A DNA stretch of 60,990 bases, from the NCBI GenBank assembly GCA_021413775.1, contig JAIOPS010000036.1, forward strand, positions 1-60,990, given 5' to 3'. Position 1 is the first letter of the stretch. Each line of letters opens with the position of its first letter. Below are positions 28,405 to 37,237 of this stretch, piece by piece. A program made the translations under genes and the position numbers. The notes beneath the pieces were generated by a model that saw only the letters and a program-made list of their open reading frames with translations, had not been told where the DNA came from and searched no databases. The DNA comes from Candidatus Kaiserbacteria bacterium. GTDB lineage: Bacteria; Patescibacteriota; Minisyncoccia; Phycocordibacterales; UBA2100.

Positions 28405-30318
28405 TCAGTCGATAACAGCTTTGATTCTTCGGATACCCGAAGCGACCGCTTCTTCTTTCGTTATCTTAAACGTACCGGCGAGCTCAGCGGTATTGGTGAC
28501 GTGCGGACCACCGCAGAATTCAATTGAAAACGCTTCTGCAAAACGTGGGTCATCTTGTGATGCGCTCACGGGTCCCACGGAATACACCGACACCATGTCG
28601 GGATACTTGGCGCCGAATTCATGTTCTGCACCGAGTTTTTCCGCCTGATCCTTCGGCAATGTAGAGCGGATGACCGGCAATTTTTCCCGTATTTTCGCGT
28701 TTACGATGTTCTCGACTTGCGTGCGCTCTTCCGCGGTCATTTTTTGTCCGTAAGAGAAGTCGATACGCAGACGTTCCTGAGTAATATTTGAACCCCGCTG
28801 CTTTACGGTCGGTCCGAGAACCTGCTGAAGCGCCCTGAGGAGCAGGTGATGGGCGGTGTGGAGTCGCGTCGTTTTTTCTGAAGTGTCGGCAAGGCCGCCT
28901 TTGAATTTTTGTTCGGCTCCGGCGCGTGACAAGTCGCTGTGCTTTTCCATGAGCGCGCGGAAGGCCGGTTCATCGACGCGGAGACCGCGCTCATGTGCGA
29001 TTTCTTGCGTCATTTCGAACGGAAAACCGTACGTGGTAAAAAGCATGTACGCATCGTCTCCCGAAATATCGGCCGACGCGATTTTCTCGAACTCCTTCAT
29101 TCCCTGCGCAAGAGTGCGCGCGAACTGCACCTCCTCCTTCCAGATTTCGTCCGTAATCTCCTCGTACGCCTGCTCGGTGCCGATTTCCGGGTACGCATGT
29201 TTGTATTTCTCGATAATGATTATCGCCGAGCGGACAAGCATGCTGTCCTCCTTCTGTCCGTCGCCGAAACCGAGTTTTGCACTGTGCTGTGCCGAGCGTC
29301 GTATGAGTCTGCGCAGTATGTAGCCGCGCTCGGTATTCGAGGGCCGCACGCCGTCTCCGAGCATCATCGTCGCCGCGCGCATGTGATCCGCGACAATGCG
29401 GAAGGAGCGGCGATTCGCCGCGTCATTGTAGTCCTTATTCGAAAACTGCTCGAGAAGCAGGATGATATCGGAGAAAACGTCCGTGCGGAAAACGTCCGGG
29501 TCACCGTTTGATGCGGCGGCAATGCGCTCAAGTCCCCCGCCGAAGTCGACATTCTGTTTTGGCAGAAGTGCAAACGAACCGTCCTTCTGTTTCAGGTACT
29601 GCATAAAAACAGAATTACAGATTTCCATGAATCGCCCGCAGTCGCAGTTGGGATGACACTCGGCACCGAATGCGGGATTGTGCTCGGTTCCGAAATCGTA
29701 AAATATTTCGGAATCCGGTCCGCCCGGCTCTCCGGCCGGCATCTTCTCGGGCGTACCTGCCCTGCTCCACCAGTTTTTTTTCGCGTCGTAGTAAAAGATG
29801 CGGCCGTCCTGCATTCCCTTCGTGTATCCGTCGGCCTCCGAACCGATTTCAACATCTGCCGCGTCTATGCCCTTTTCGCGGAAAAGACGTTTCCAAATCT
29901 CCACTGACTCGGTGTCCCGCGGCAAAGCGTTCTTCTCGTCACCCATGAATACGGTGACATAGAGCTTTGAAGCATTCAGTCCGATAACGTCGGTGAGAAA
30001 AGCGAAAATCCAAGGCAACTGCTCGCTCTTGAAATAGTCACCGAACGACCAGTTGCCGAGCATTTCAAAAAAGGTCGTGTGGCGGTTGTCTCCGACCTCG
30101 TCGATGTCCTCGGCGCGGAAGCTTTTTTGCGAATCAACTATCCGTGCACCCTGCGGATGCGGCTCGCCGAGAAGATACGGCAATATCGGCTGCATGCCTG
30201 AGCCCGTGAAGAGCGTCGTCGGGTCGTTTTGTGGCACGAGCGATGCGGAAGGCACAATCACATGCCCCCGCTCTTTGTAATACTCAAGGTATTTTGTCCG
30301 GACGTCGTTGATATTCAT
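28405..30318 (-). CDS. alaS: alanine--tRNA ligase, short form ending after the editing domain
   Basis: DPTTLFTGSGMQ, HTTFFEMLGNWSFGDYFK, HTAHHLL and CGGPH editing motifs. Confidence 0.95.
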   Translation of the reverse strand: MNINDVRTKYLEYYKERGHVIVPSASLVPQNDPTTLFTGSGMQPILPYLLGEPHPQGARIVDSQKSFRAEDIDEVGDNRHTTFFEMLGNWSFGDYFKSEQLPWIFAFLTDVIGLNASKLYVTVFMGDEKNALPRDTESVEIWKRLFREKGIDAADVEIGSEADGYTKGMQDGRIFYYDAKKNWWSRAGTPEKMPAGEPGGPDSEIFYDFGTEHNPAFGAECHPNCDCGRFMEICNSVFMQYLKQKDGSFALLPKQNVDFGGGLERIAAASNGDPDVFRTDVFSDIILLLEQFSNKDYNDAANRRSFRIVADHMRAATMMLGDGVRPSNTERGYILRRLIRRSAQHSAKLGFGDGQKEDSMLVRSAIIIIEKYKHAYPEIGTEQAYEEITDEIWKEEVQFARTLAQGMKEFEKIASADISGDDAYMLFTTYGFPFEMTQEIAHERGLRVDEPAFRALMEKHSDLSRAGAEQKFKGGLADTSEKTTRLHTAHHLLLRALQQVLGPTVKQRGSNITQERLRIDFSYGQKMTAEERTQVENIVNAKIREKLPVIRSTLPKDQAEKLGAEHEFGAKYPDMVSVYSVGPVSASQDDPRFAEAFSIEFCGGPHVTNTAELAGTFKITKEEAVASGIRRIKAVID

Positions 30319-30803
30319 GAAAGTGCGTGTGCGAGACCGATAAGCGCTACGCTATCTACCGTATTATACATTTTCAGCGTTGAATCAATCTTTTCCAGGG
30401 GTATCCACTCGGCGGGACGTATGTATGCGGATTCTTCCGCTGCGAAACCGTCCTTCTTTATATCGCCACCCGTGTACTCGCACTTGTAGTAGAACATGAT
30501 CGCGTGGAAACTTTTCTTGTTCACCGGATGCAAAAAGAACTGCTCCGTCATAAACAGCAGGTCGCCCTTCCTCACGCTGACGCCTGTCTCTTCTCTGACC
30601 TCGCGCGCAAGAGCCTCTTCAAGCGTCTCCCCTTTTTCGACAGCACCACCCGGGAAGTCATAGCCCTCCCACTGGGCCGAAAGCAGCACGGCACCGTCTT
30701 TGATAATGACTCCGTATACGGAGGGGCGGAATTCCAACGTGTCCTTGCGGACCTCGGCGCTTTCCCCACGCTCATTTTTGCAAATGACTGTTTCGGCATT
30801 CAT
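30315..30803 (-). CDS. NUDIX hydrolase
   Basis: GGAVEKGETLEEALAREVREETG Nudix box; TACACT 7 nt upstream of ATG 30803. Confidence 0.9.
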   Translation of the reverse strand: MNAETVICKNERGESAEVRKDTLEFRPSVYGVIIKDGAVLLSAQWEGYDFPGGAVEKGETLEEALAREVREETGVSVRKGDLLFMTEQFFLHPVNKKSFHAIMFYYKCEYTGGDIKKDGFAAEESAYIRPAEWIPLEKIDSTLKMYNTVDSVALIGLAHALS

Positions 30804-30874
30804 GCGCACGAGTGTACCACTTTTCAGCACTCTTGTTGCCCAGGCGCTCACATGACGATACTATGCGCATCACT

Positions 30875-32146
30875 ATGGAATACATCTCTCACACACTTTC
30901 CAACGGCTTACGCGTCATATTCGCTCCCATGCCGCAAACGACGACCGCTACGGTTATCGTAATGAGCGGAACCGGCTCGCGCTACGAGAACGCGTCAGAA
31001 AACGGCCTCGCGCACTTTCTTGAACACATGTTTTTCAAGGGGACGGCTAAGCGCCCCAGCGCACGGGTCATTAGCGAGGAACTGGATGCGATTGGCAGTA
31101 TCTACAACGCGTTTACGTCGAAGGACCGTACCGCGTATTACGCGAAAGTGAGTGCGCGCTACATCGACACCGCGCTCGACGTCATCAGCGACATATTTCT
31201 CAACTCAACGCTGCCGTCGAAGGAGATTACGAAAGAACGCGGCGCAATCATTCAGGAGATAGATATGTACGAAGACATGCCGATGTATACCGTCGACAAC
31301 GTGTTCGATGCGCTTATTTTTGGACCGGAACACCCGCTCGGACGAACCATCCTGGGACCGAAAGAAAACATCCGCGCGTTCAACCGGCGTGACTTTACGT
31401 CGTATCTCAAGCGAAACTACACGCCGGGAAATACTGTTGTGTGCGTAGCGGGCTCGTTTCCGCAGAAGAAAACTCTCGAGTCAATCCGCAAAACGTTCGG
31501 GCATATTCCGGCCTCCGACGTGCCGCAACATCAACCCTTCTCGTTCGCTCAGGAGAGTCCGCGCATGGCAATCAAAGAAAAGAAGACCGACCAGACTCAG
31601 TTGATGCTCGGAGTTCCCGCCTACCCCTATCTGCATAAGGACGAGTACGCTATCGACGTACTGTCCACGATTCTCGGCGGCGGCATGAGCAGCCGACTCT
31701 TTATGGAAGTGCGCGAAAAGCGGGGTCTCGCATACTCCGTTCAGGCGTGGGCGGAAAAATATCCCGACATGGGCTACTTCGTTGTACAGGCGGGCGTTGA
31801 GCACGGAAAACTAGAAAAGACCGTCTCAACGATACTCGGTGAATTCCGCAAAATTAAGCGTGTGAAAGTCTCGCCGCAGGAACTTCGTAAGGCAAAATCA
31901 TACATGAAAGGCACGATGAGTCTTTCTCTGGAGACCAGCGACCGCATCGCACAGAGCGCCGCGTCCTCACTTATCTCTATCGGGCGTGTCCGTACTCTCG
32001 AAGAAGTGATGAAGGGTATAGACGCCGTCACTGCGGAAGATATCCAGCGCGTCGCGCAAGATACCCTTCAGACCAAGCACCTGAACTTTGCGGTCATCGG
32101 ACCGCATGCGGATGTGAAAAAATTTGCCCCTCTTTTGCGTACGTAG
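30875..32146 (+). CDS. M16 family zinc peptidase
   Basis: AHFLEH inverted zinc motif, NAFTS, GGGMSSRLF-EVRE. Confidence 0.92.
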   Translation: MEYISHTLSNGLRVIFAPMPQTTTATVIVMSGTGSRYENASENGLAHFLEHMFFKGTAKRPSARVISEELDAIGSIYNAFTSKDRTAYYAKVSARYIDTALDVISDIFLNSTLPSKEITKERGAIIQEIDMYEDMPMYTVDNVFDALIFGPEHPLGRTILGPKENIRAFNRRDFTSYLKRNYTPGNTVVCVAGSFPQKKTLESIRKTFGHIPASDVPQHQPFSFAQESPRMAIKEKKTDQTQLMLGVPAYPYLHKDEYAIDVLSTILGGGMSSRLFMEVREKRGLAYSVQAWAEKYPDMGYFVVQAGVEHGKLEKTVSTILGEFRKIKRVKVSPQELRKAKSYMKGTMSLSLETSDRIAQSAASSLISIGRVRTLEEVMKGIDAVTAEDIQRVAQDTLQTKHLNFAVIGPHADVKKFAPLLRT

Positions 32147-32193
32147 CCTCTACATCGGCTCTGTATCCGGTTTGCATCCGGAGGATACCGGAG

Positions 32194-32451
32194 TCACCAT
32201 GTTGCGCCTTCGAGCCGCAAAATTTCTTTTTTCCGGAGTGCACCTCCCCTGTTGTATTCCCCGAGTCCGCCGTCGGTTTTGACGACGCGGTGGCACGGAA
32301 TCGTTTCATCGTAGTTTGCACGCATTACGGCGCCGACGGCGCGAGCCGCTTTGGGATTGCCGGCCTTTGTCGCAACCTGCTTGTATGTCATCGTCTTTCC
32401 CTTCGGGATTTTTTTGACGATATCGCGCACCTTATCGCTGAATGTTTTCAT
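32194..32451 (-). CDS. methylated-DNA--protein-cysteine methyltransferase (minimal MGMT domain)
   Basis: IPKGKTMTY, ARAVG, IPCHRVV active site. Confidence 0.88.
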   Translation of the reverse strand: MKTFSDKVRDIVKKIPKGKTMTYKQVATKAGNPKAARAVGAVMRANYDETIPCHRVVKTDGGLGEYNRGGALRKKEILRLEGATW

Positions 32452-32461
32452 ATCACGCGTA

Positions 32462-33229
32462 CTATTTCTTTTTTGCGAACGCAATCATTTTCTTACCCAC
32501 CGCCTCGCGATACTGGCAGAAATCGCAGGCGTCTCCCGGTGCGGGAAGCTCGTCACTGTCCAGGCACTTTTTTATTTCCTGTATCGTACCTTCGACCCAG
32601 TCCGTAGAGCCGGTGTAGGGAACGAGTGTCAGTTCGAACTCAAGTTTTGCGTCAAATGCTTCCCTGTCTTTGCTGGCATTCGCGTACACCCAATAGCCGA
32701 CATCGGAGACAGTGAAGCCGCTCTCCCGGAGAAGCCATTGATAAATTTCAATCTGACGCTTATATCCGTCGTGCCATTCTTCGTCCAAAGACTCAATCTT
32801 GCCGTCTTTGCTTGTAGCCTTGTAGTCGACGACGATGAGCTCGTCGTTCGGCGTGACCCAAATATCGTCCACACCTCCGCATACGGTAAGTCCGGTCTTG
32901 TGTTGAATCACAACACCGCCGCGCAACGCGTCACGCCACTCATCCATCTTGGCGTGCGCGAACGGAACGGCATCAAGGCCGTATGCTTCCATGAGCGGAT
33001 GCGGCGTCTTTAGCGCCCGGTGCGCATCAAATTCTTTTTTGAGGAGTGCATCGACCGCAGAATTCAGGTTGAACGGATATCCGGGCGGGCGGGCGGTGCC
33101 CAGTTTATTGTCTATATAAAAACACCGGGGACAGTCCATAAAAAGACTGATTTTCGAACGCGACAGACGCCAGCTCTTGCCGCCGTAATTCCAATTCGGA
33201 TTGCGCTCAGGCTTGTAGTACTGACTCAT
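32462..33229 (-). CDS. PD-(D/E)XK nuclease, Cas4/AddB-like with a probable Fe-S cluster
   Basis: CPRCFY, GGVDD, VVDYKAT, QIEIY, CDFCQY. Confidence 0.82.
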   Translation of the reverse strand: MSQYYKPERNPNWNYGGKSWRLSRSKISLFMDCPRCFYIDNKLGTARPPGYPFNLNSAVDALLKKEFDAHRALKTPHPLMEAYGLDAVPFAHAKMDEWRDALRGGVVIQHKTGLTVCGGVDDIWVTPNDELIVVDYKATSKDGKIESLDEEWHDGYKRQIEIYQWLLRESGFTVSDVGYWVYANASKDREAFDAKLEFELTLVPYTGSTDWVEGTIQEIKKCLDSDELPAPGDACDFCQYREAVGKKMIAFAKKK

Positions 33230-33251
33230 GGACCGAGTATATCATCCGGCG

Positions 33252-33758
33252 CTAACGGAGGTACGAACCCGCATCTGTCGTGTCTACGTGTCTGTCTTCA
33301 AACCAGTGCTTGAAGCGGTCTTCGATATACCACATACCAGTAAACATAATGAGCGCGAGTAAGGTCGAAAATACGGCGATGGAAAACATACCGAATCCCA
33401 CCGCCATGCCGACACCGGCTGCAATCCAGAGCCCCGCTGCGGTCGTTACACCGTGCAGCGCGTCGTGACGGAAAATAATGAGGCCGCCACCGATGAAACC
33501 GATGCCCGTCACGATGGAGCCGGCGATTTGGAGCGGTTCAAGACTTGCGACAAGACCCAGGTACGAGCTGTCGACGAATGAACCGACGACCACGAAGAGG
33601 CACGCGCCGAGACTCACGAGCCCGAACGTCCGCGTGCCCGCAGCCTGCTTCGCAAGAATGGCCCGCTCAGTACCGATTGCGCCGCCGAGGAGCATCGCCA
33701 CGAGGAGTTTGAGAAATTGCAACGTTACGGGTTCGAGAATAAACGGCGCCGTGTGCAT
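33252..33758 (-). CDS. MgtC/SapB family membrane protein
   Basis: IGTER, AGTRTF, GIGFIGGG, GVTTAAGLW. Confidence 0.9.
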   Translation of the reverse strand: MHTAPFILEPVTLQFLKLLVAMLLGGAIGTERAILAKQAAGTRTFGLVSLGACLFVVVGSFVDSSYLGLVASLEPLQIAGSIVTGIGFIGGGLIIFRHDALHGVTTAAGLWIAAGVGMAVGFGMFSIAVFSTLLALIMFTGMWYIEDRFKHWFEDRHVDTTDAGSYLR

Positions 33759-33808
33759 ACATGGTCAGTATAACGCATCTGTGTGACGGTCCCGTACACT
33801 ACCACCAT

Positions 33809-34633
33809 TTAGACTGCACAGAGGTGCCGCGCCTCGTCGATAACTTCGGAAATCTTTTCGGGATGCACACCGCTCTCTTTGAGCAAATGAGGAGCCATGA
33901 TGTCCTTACAAAGGACTATTTTCCGGTCCAAAAGCCGTCGCTTCTCCCCCTCGGAAAGGGTTGTGAGTGCTGTCAGCGGATGCACCCGCGCTTCTTCGAT
34001 GAGTTCGCGCAAGCCGCGTGTCTGGGGATAATCCCAGCCGAGAAGCGTAAGGTTCGAGCACTGCGCATAGCGAATGGCGCTCTTCGTGAACACGGTGTTT
34101 GTGACAAGCCAGCCCTCGTCTACACGCGAGGACGCGAGCGGTGAACGGCCGAGGTCTTCGTATCGTGCATGGACATACAATGCATCTTTAATATCCGTCT
34201 TCCCTCCCGGTTCGTTATGGAACTTCGCCTCAACGCCGACGCGCTTGCCGTCTTTCTCGGCGACAACATCAACCTCATGCGATGCGCAGCGACCGACGAG
34301 CGTAACGTCCGTCGCAACGTGCCACCCGTGAGCTTTGAGAACGGCTGCAAGAAACTGCTCAAACGGAAATCCCGACGGTCCCAGGCCGAAGAGCGCCCGG
34401 CGCATGGAATAGCGTGCTGCGACGGGAACGTCAGCCTCGCGCTTAAGCAACTCGAAGGCACTGCGATAAATGTCCTCGGTGCGGACACCGAAATGCAGGT
34501 CACGAAGTACTGAGGCAATGATTCTCGCACGCACAACTGAGGAAGCGCCTGCGCGGGCAAGAGAATGCTCGAGTCGTACCGCATCAAACGGTTCAAGTTC
34601 ACCGTCGGCCTTTGTGACGAGTATGGAATGCAT
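33809..34633 (-). CDS. ATP-cone domain fused to an Mrr-like restriction endonuclease domain
   Basis: VTKADGELEPFD ATP-cone; GFPFEQF, HEVDV, VEAKFHN, LVTN. Confidence 0.78.
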   Translation of the reverse strand: MHSILVTKADGELEPFDAVRLEHSLARAGASSVVRARIIASVLRDLHFGVRTEDIYRSAFELLKREADVPVAARYSMRRALFGLGPSGFPFEQFLAAVLKAHGWHVATDVTLVGRCASHEVDVVAEKDGKRVGVEAKFHNEPGGKTDIKDALYVHARYEDLGRSPLASSRVDEGWLVTNTVFTKSAIRYAQCSNLTLLGWDYPQTRGLRELIEEARVHPLTALTTLSEGEKRRLLDRKIVLCKDIMAPHLLKESGVHPEKISEVIDEARHLCAV

Positions 34634-34637
34634 GGTT

Positions 34638-35048
34638 TTATTCTGTGTCACCGACAACCTGATTCACAACCAAGGTCAGTGGATTCTCCTCGAGCAGACC
34701 GATAAATTGGACACCGGTAGCCGGAGCGAATACTACGGTATGAAAAACGCGCGGTGTCTCGTCCTGAATGCACTCAACGGACGGTTCGTTCCAGAGAGAA
34801 AATTGAAGCTTGTACGTAGTCGCCGAAATCGATTCGGTAGAAACAGCGAGCTCGGAGCACGTCTCCGGAACCATCACCATCCCGGTGAGATGGTGTACGC
34901 CGGGTGCAATTGTGTCCCGTATCTGAACGATGTGGGCCACATCGGATGCCTTTGCGCGGATTGCGCTTCCGGTAAACAGAAAAAAACAGTACGAGACGCA
35001 CACCGATACCACAAAGAACCACGACAGTCGCCGTACCATATCAGCCAT
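34638..35048 (-). CDS. hypothetical membrane-anchored/secreted protein
   Basis: N-terminal hydrophobic segment, two conserved-looking Cys in the soluble part; TACACT 7 nt upstream. Confidence 0.65.
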   Translation of the reverse strand: MADMVRRLSWFFVVSVCVSYCFFLFTGSAIRAKASDVAHIVQIRDTIAPGVHHLTGMVMVPETCSELAVSTESISATTYKLQFSLWNEPSVECIQDETPRVFHTVVFAPATGVQFIGLLEENPLTLVVNQVVGDTE

Positions 35049-35106
35049 TGCGCTCAGTGTACCGTTTAGCAGCCGTGATACACAATCTTCGGTGTTGAGA
35101 ACCGGA

Positions 35107-36156
35107 CTACATCATCGTCGGAGAAATCTCACCGCCTCCGAGACACACATCATCGTCATACAGAACAAGCGACTGACCGGGTGAGACGACATGCGGATGA
35201 GCAAACGTCGCGGTGTGCGAACTGTTTTCAACAAGGATACGGGCGGAAAACGGCGTCTCTCGATATCGTGCTTGCGCGGAAAAATCACGCGACAGGTCGG
35301 GCTGCTCATGTATCCAATGCATGTCCGATAACGCGACACTCTCGACCTCGGCGGCGGTGCTCTGTGCCGACACAGTGACCGTGTTGCGCCCGACATCGGT
35401 CGAGACGACATAATGCGGCGCCTCGTGCGGAGAATCCGGCAACATCCGAAATCCGTGCCGCTGGCCTCGTGTGTAAAGCGCGGCACCGTCATGTGTACCG
35501 ACTTTTTTTCCATCCGTATCGAGTACGTCCCCCTGGGCGAGCGGTATGTACTTCGCCAGGAACTCCGGCAACGTTATAGCTCCCGCAAAACATAGTCCCT
35601 GGCTGTCCGGTTTTCGCGCGACGGGAAGTTCAAATTTTTGTGCAAGTGCACGAACTTCACTTTTGCGGTACGTACCGACCGGAAAAAGAATGCGTGCAAG
35701 GTCTTTTGATTCCAGACGATGCAAAAAGTATGACTGATCTTTCGCTTCGTCTATACCGCGCAGCAGTTTTCCGTTCGCCGCCCGCGCGTAGTGTCCGGTA
35801 GCTACGTACTCCGCCCCCTCTTCATGTGCCCACCGCATAAAAGAGCCGAACTTGATGGAACTATTGCAGAGGACATCGGGATTCGGGGTTTTGCCCGTCC
35901 GGTACGACGTAATCATTTCTTCTATGACACGGGTTTTGTATTCTTCAGACAAGTCAATTTCTTTAAACGGAATTCCGAGCGCCGCACATACACGCATCGC
36001 ATCGAGCCTGTCTTCTCTCCATGTGCACTCGGTAAATTCAGGTTGCCATATCTTTATGAATGCACCCACAACAGCGTACCCTTCCCGCTGCAGAAGTGCC
36101 GCCGACACGGCGCTGTCTACTCCACCGGAGAGTCCGACGAATACCTTCTTTTCCAT
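35107..36156 (-). CDS. mnmA: tRNA-specific 2-thiouridylase
   Basis: SGGVDS, TPNPDVLCN, ATGHYA, KDQSYFL, DSQGLCF. Confidence 0.96.
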   Translation of the reverse strand: MEKKVFVGLSGGVDSAVSAALLQREGYAVVGAFIKIWQPEFTECTWREDRLDAMRVCAALGIPFKEIDLSEEYKTRVIEEMITSYRTGKTPNPDVLCNSSIKFGSFMRWAHEEGAEYVATGHYARAANGKLLRGIDEAKDQSYFLHRLESKDLARILFPVGTYRKSEVRALAQKFELPVARKPDSQGLCFAGAITLPEFLAKYIPLAQGDVLDTDGKKVGTHDGAALYTRGQRHGFRMLPDSPHEAPHYVVSTDVGRNTVTVSAQSTAAEVESVALSDMHWIHEQPDLSRDFSAQARYRETPFSARILVENSSHTATFAHPHVVSPGQSLVLYDDDVCLGGGEISPTMM

Positions 36157-36190
36157 GCCGCTACAATACCGTATGAGGAGAGGAATAACA

Positions 36191-37225
36191 CTACGAACCG
36201 AGATAGAGCCGCTTATACCGTAAGTGCTGCTCGTACGTTTTCGAAAAATGAGTCACGCCGTGATTATCCGCAAGGTAAAAAAGGTAATCGCTCTTCGTCG
36301 GGTCCGCCGCGGCCTTCAGAGAGTCGAGCGAGGGCGAGCCGATCGGTCCCGGCGGCAATCCTTTATTCACATAGGTATTGTACGGAGAGTCTGAGCGAAG
36401 GTCGGTCATCGTCAGCTGGAAGGTGCCCTTGCCCAGTGTGTATAAAAATGTGACGTCCACCTGCAACGCCATACCGCGTTTGATGCGGTTCCACAGAACT
36501 CCTGCGATCATTTTTCTGTCAGCGGTATTTCGGGCTTCACGTTCGACAATCGACGCCATGATTACGATATCCGATAGCGAGTGCGACGATGAGGCCACGA
36601 GAGGTGCAATTTCGGTCTCATGAAGGTCGAAATTTTGCCGCATTGTTTTGATGACGGTATCTTCAGTCGCATTCGGAAGAAAAAAATATGTGTCGGGAAA
36701 CAGGTATCCCTCTAGCGGCTTCGCTTTTTCCAGGAAGCTCTGCGGATCAAAGCGGAGGAGTTGGCTGCCGTAGATTATCGCCATAGACCGGGTGGTGGCA
36801 CCTTCCGTAATTCGAATCCTGATGGGCTCGAGTCCGAACGCGCCGATTGCAATCGCGCGTGCGACGGAGAAAACGTCGAGCGGCTGTTTAAAAAGGTAAT
36901 CTCCCGCGTGAACAGTCTTTTCGTGACCGAGAACTGTGACTACAATCCGGAACGCAATCGGAGAACGGATAACTCCGTCTTCCCGTAACTGCGCCGCAAT
37001 TTCCGATAAGGTCGCACCCTCTCGCACACTGACCAGTTGGTCAACCGGAAAGGTCCGCGGGGGCTGAATCATCGTGAGGTATGCAGCGGTAACAACGATT
37101 CCTGCCGAGACGAGAAACAGCACGGTGCGCCTGTTCGCATGCAAGCGCCATCTCTCAGAAAGCTCCGACTGCAGTCGGTCGGAGGAATCGAGAAATTTCT
37201 GTAACCAGTCGATAAGAGGCTGCAT
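36191..37225 (-). CDS. mltG: endolytic transglycosylase MltG
   Basis: LEGYLFPDTY, ASIVERE, SPYNTY, GLPPGPI. Confidence 0.93.
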   Translation of the reverse strand: MQPLIDWLQKFLDSSDRLQSELSERWRLHANRRTVLFLVSAGIVVTAAYLTMIQPPRTFPVDQLVSVREGATLSEIAAQLREDGVIRSPIAFRIVVTVLGHEKTVHAGDYLFKQPLDVFSVARAIAIGAFGLEPIRIRITEGATTRSMAIIYGSQLLRFDPQSFLEKAKPLEGYLFPDTYFFLPNATEDTVIKTMRQNFDLHETEIAPLVASSSHSLSDIVIMASIVEREARNTADRKMIAGVLWNRIKRGMALQVDVTFLYTLGKGTFQLTMTDLRSDSPYNTYVNKGLPPGPIGSPSLDSLKAAADPTKSDYLFYLADNHGVTHFSKTYEQHLRYKRLYLGS

Positions 37226-37237
37226 GGTGCTCGCGTA

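Noticed and set aside
32462-33229. CRISPR-Cas locus suggested by the Cas4-like nuclease
   Set aside because: No repeat-spacer array or other cas genes seen in the window
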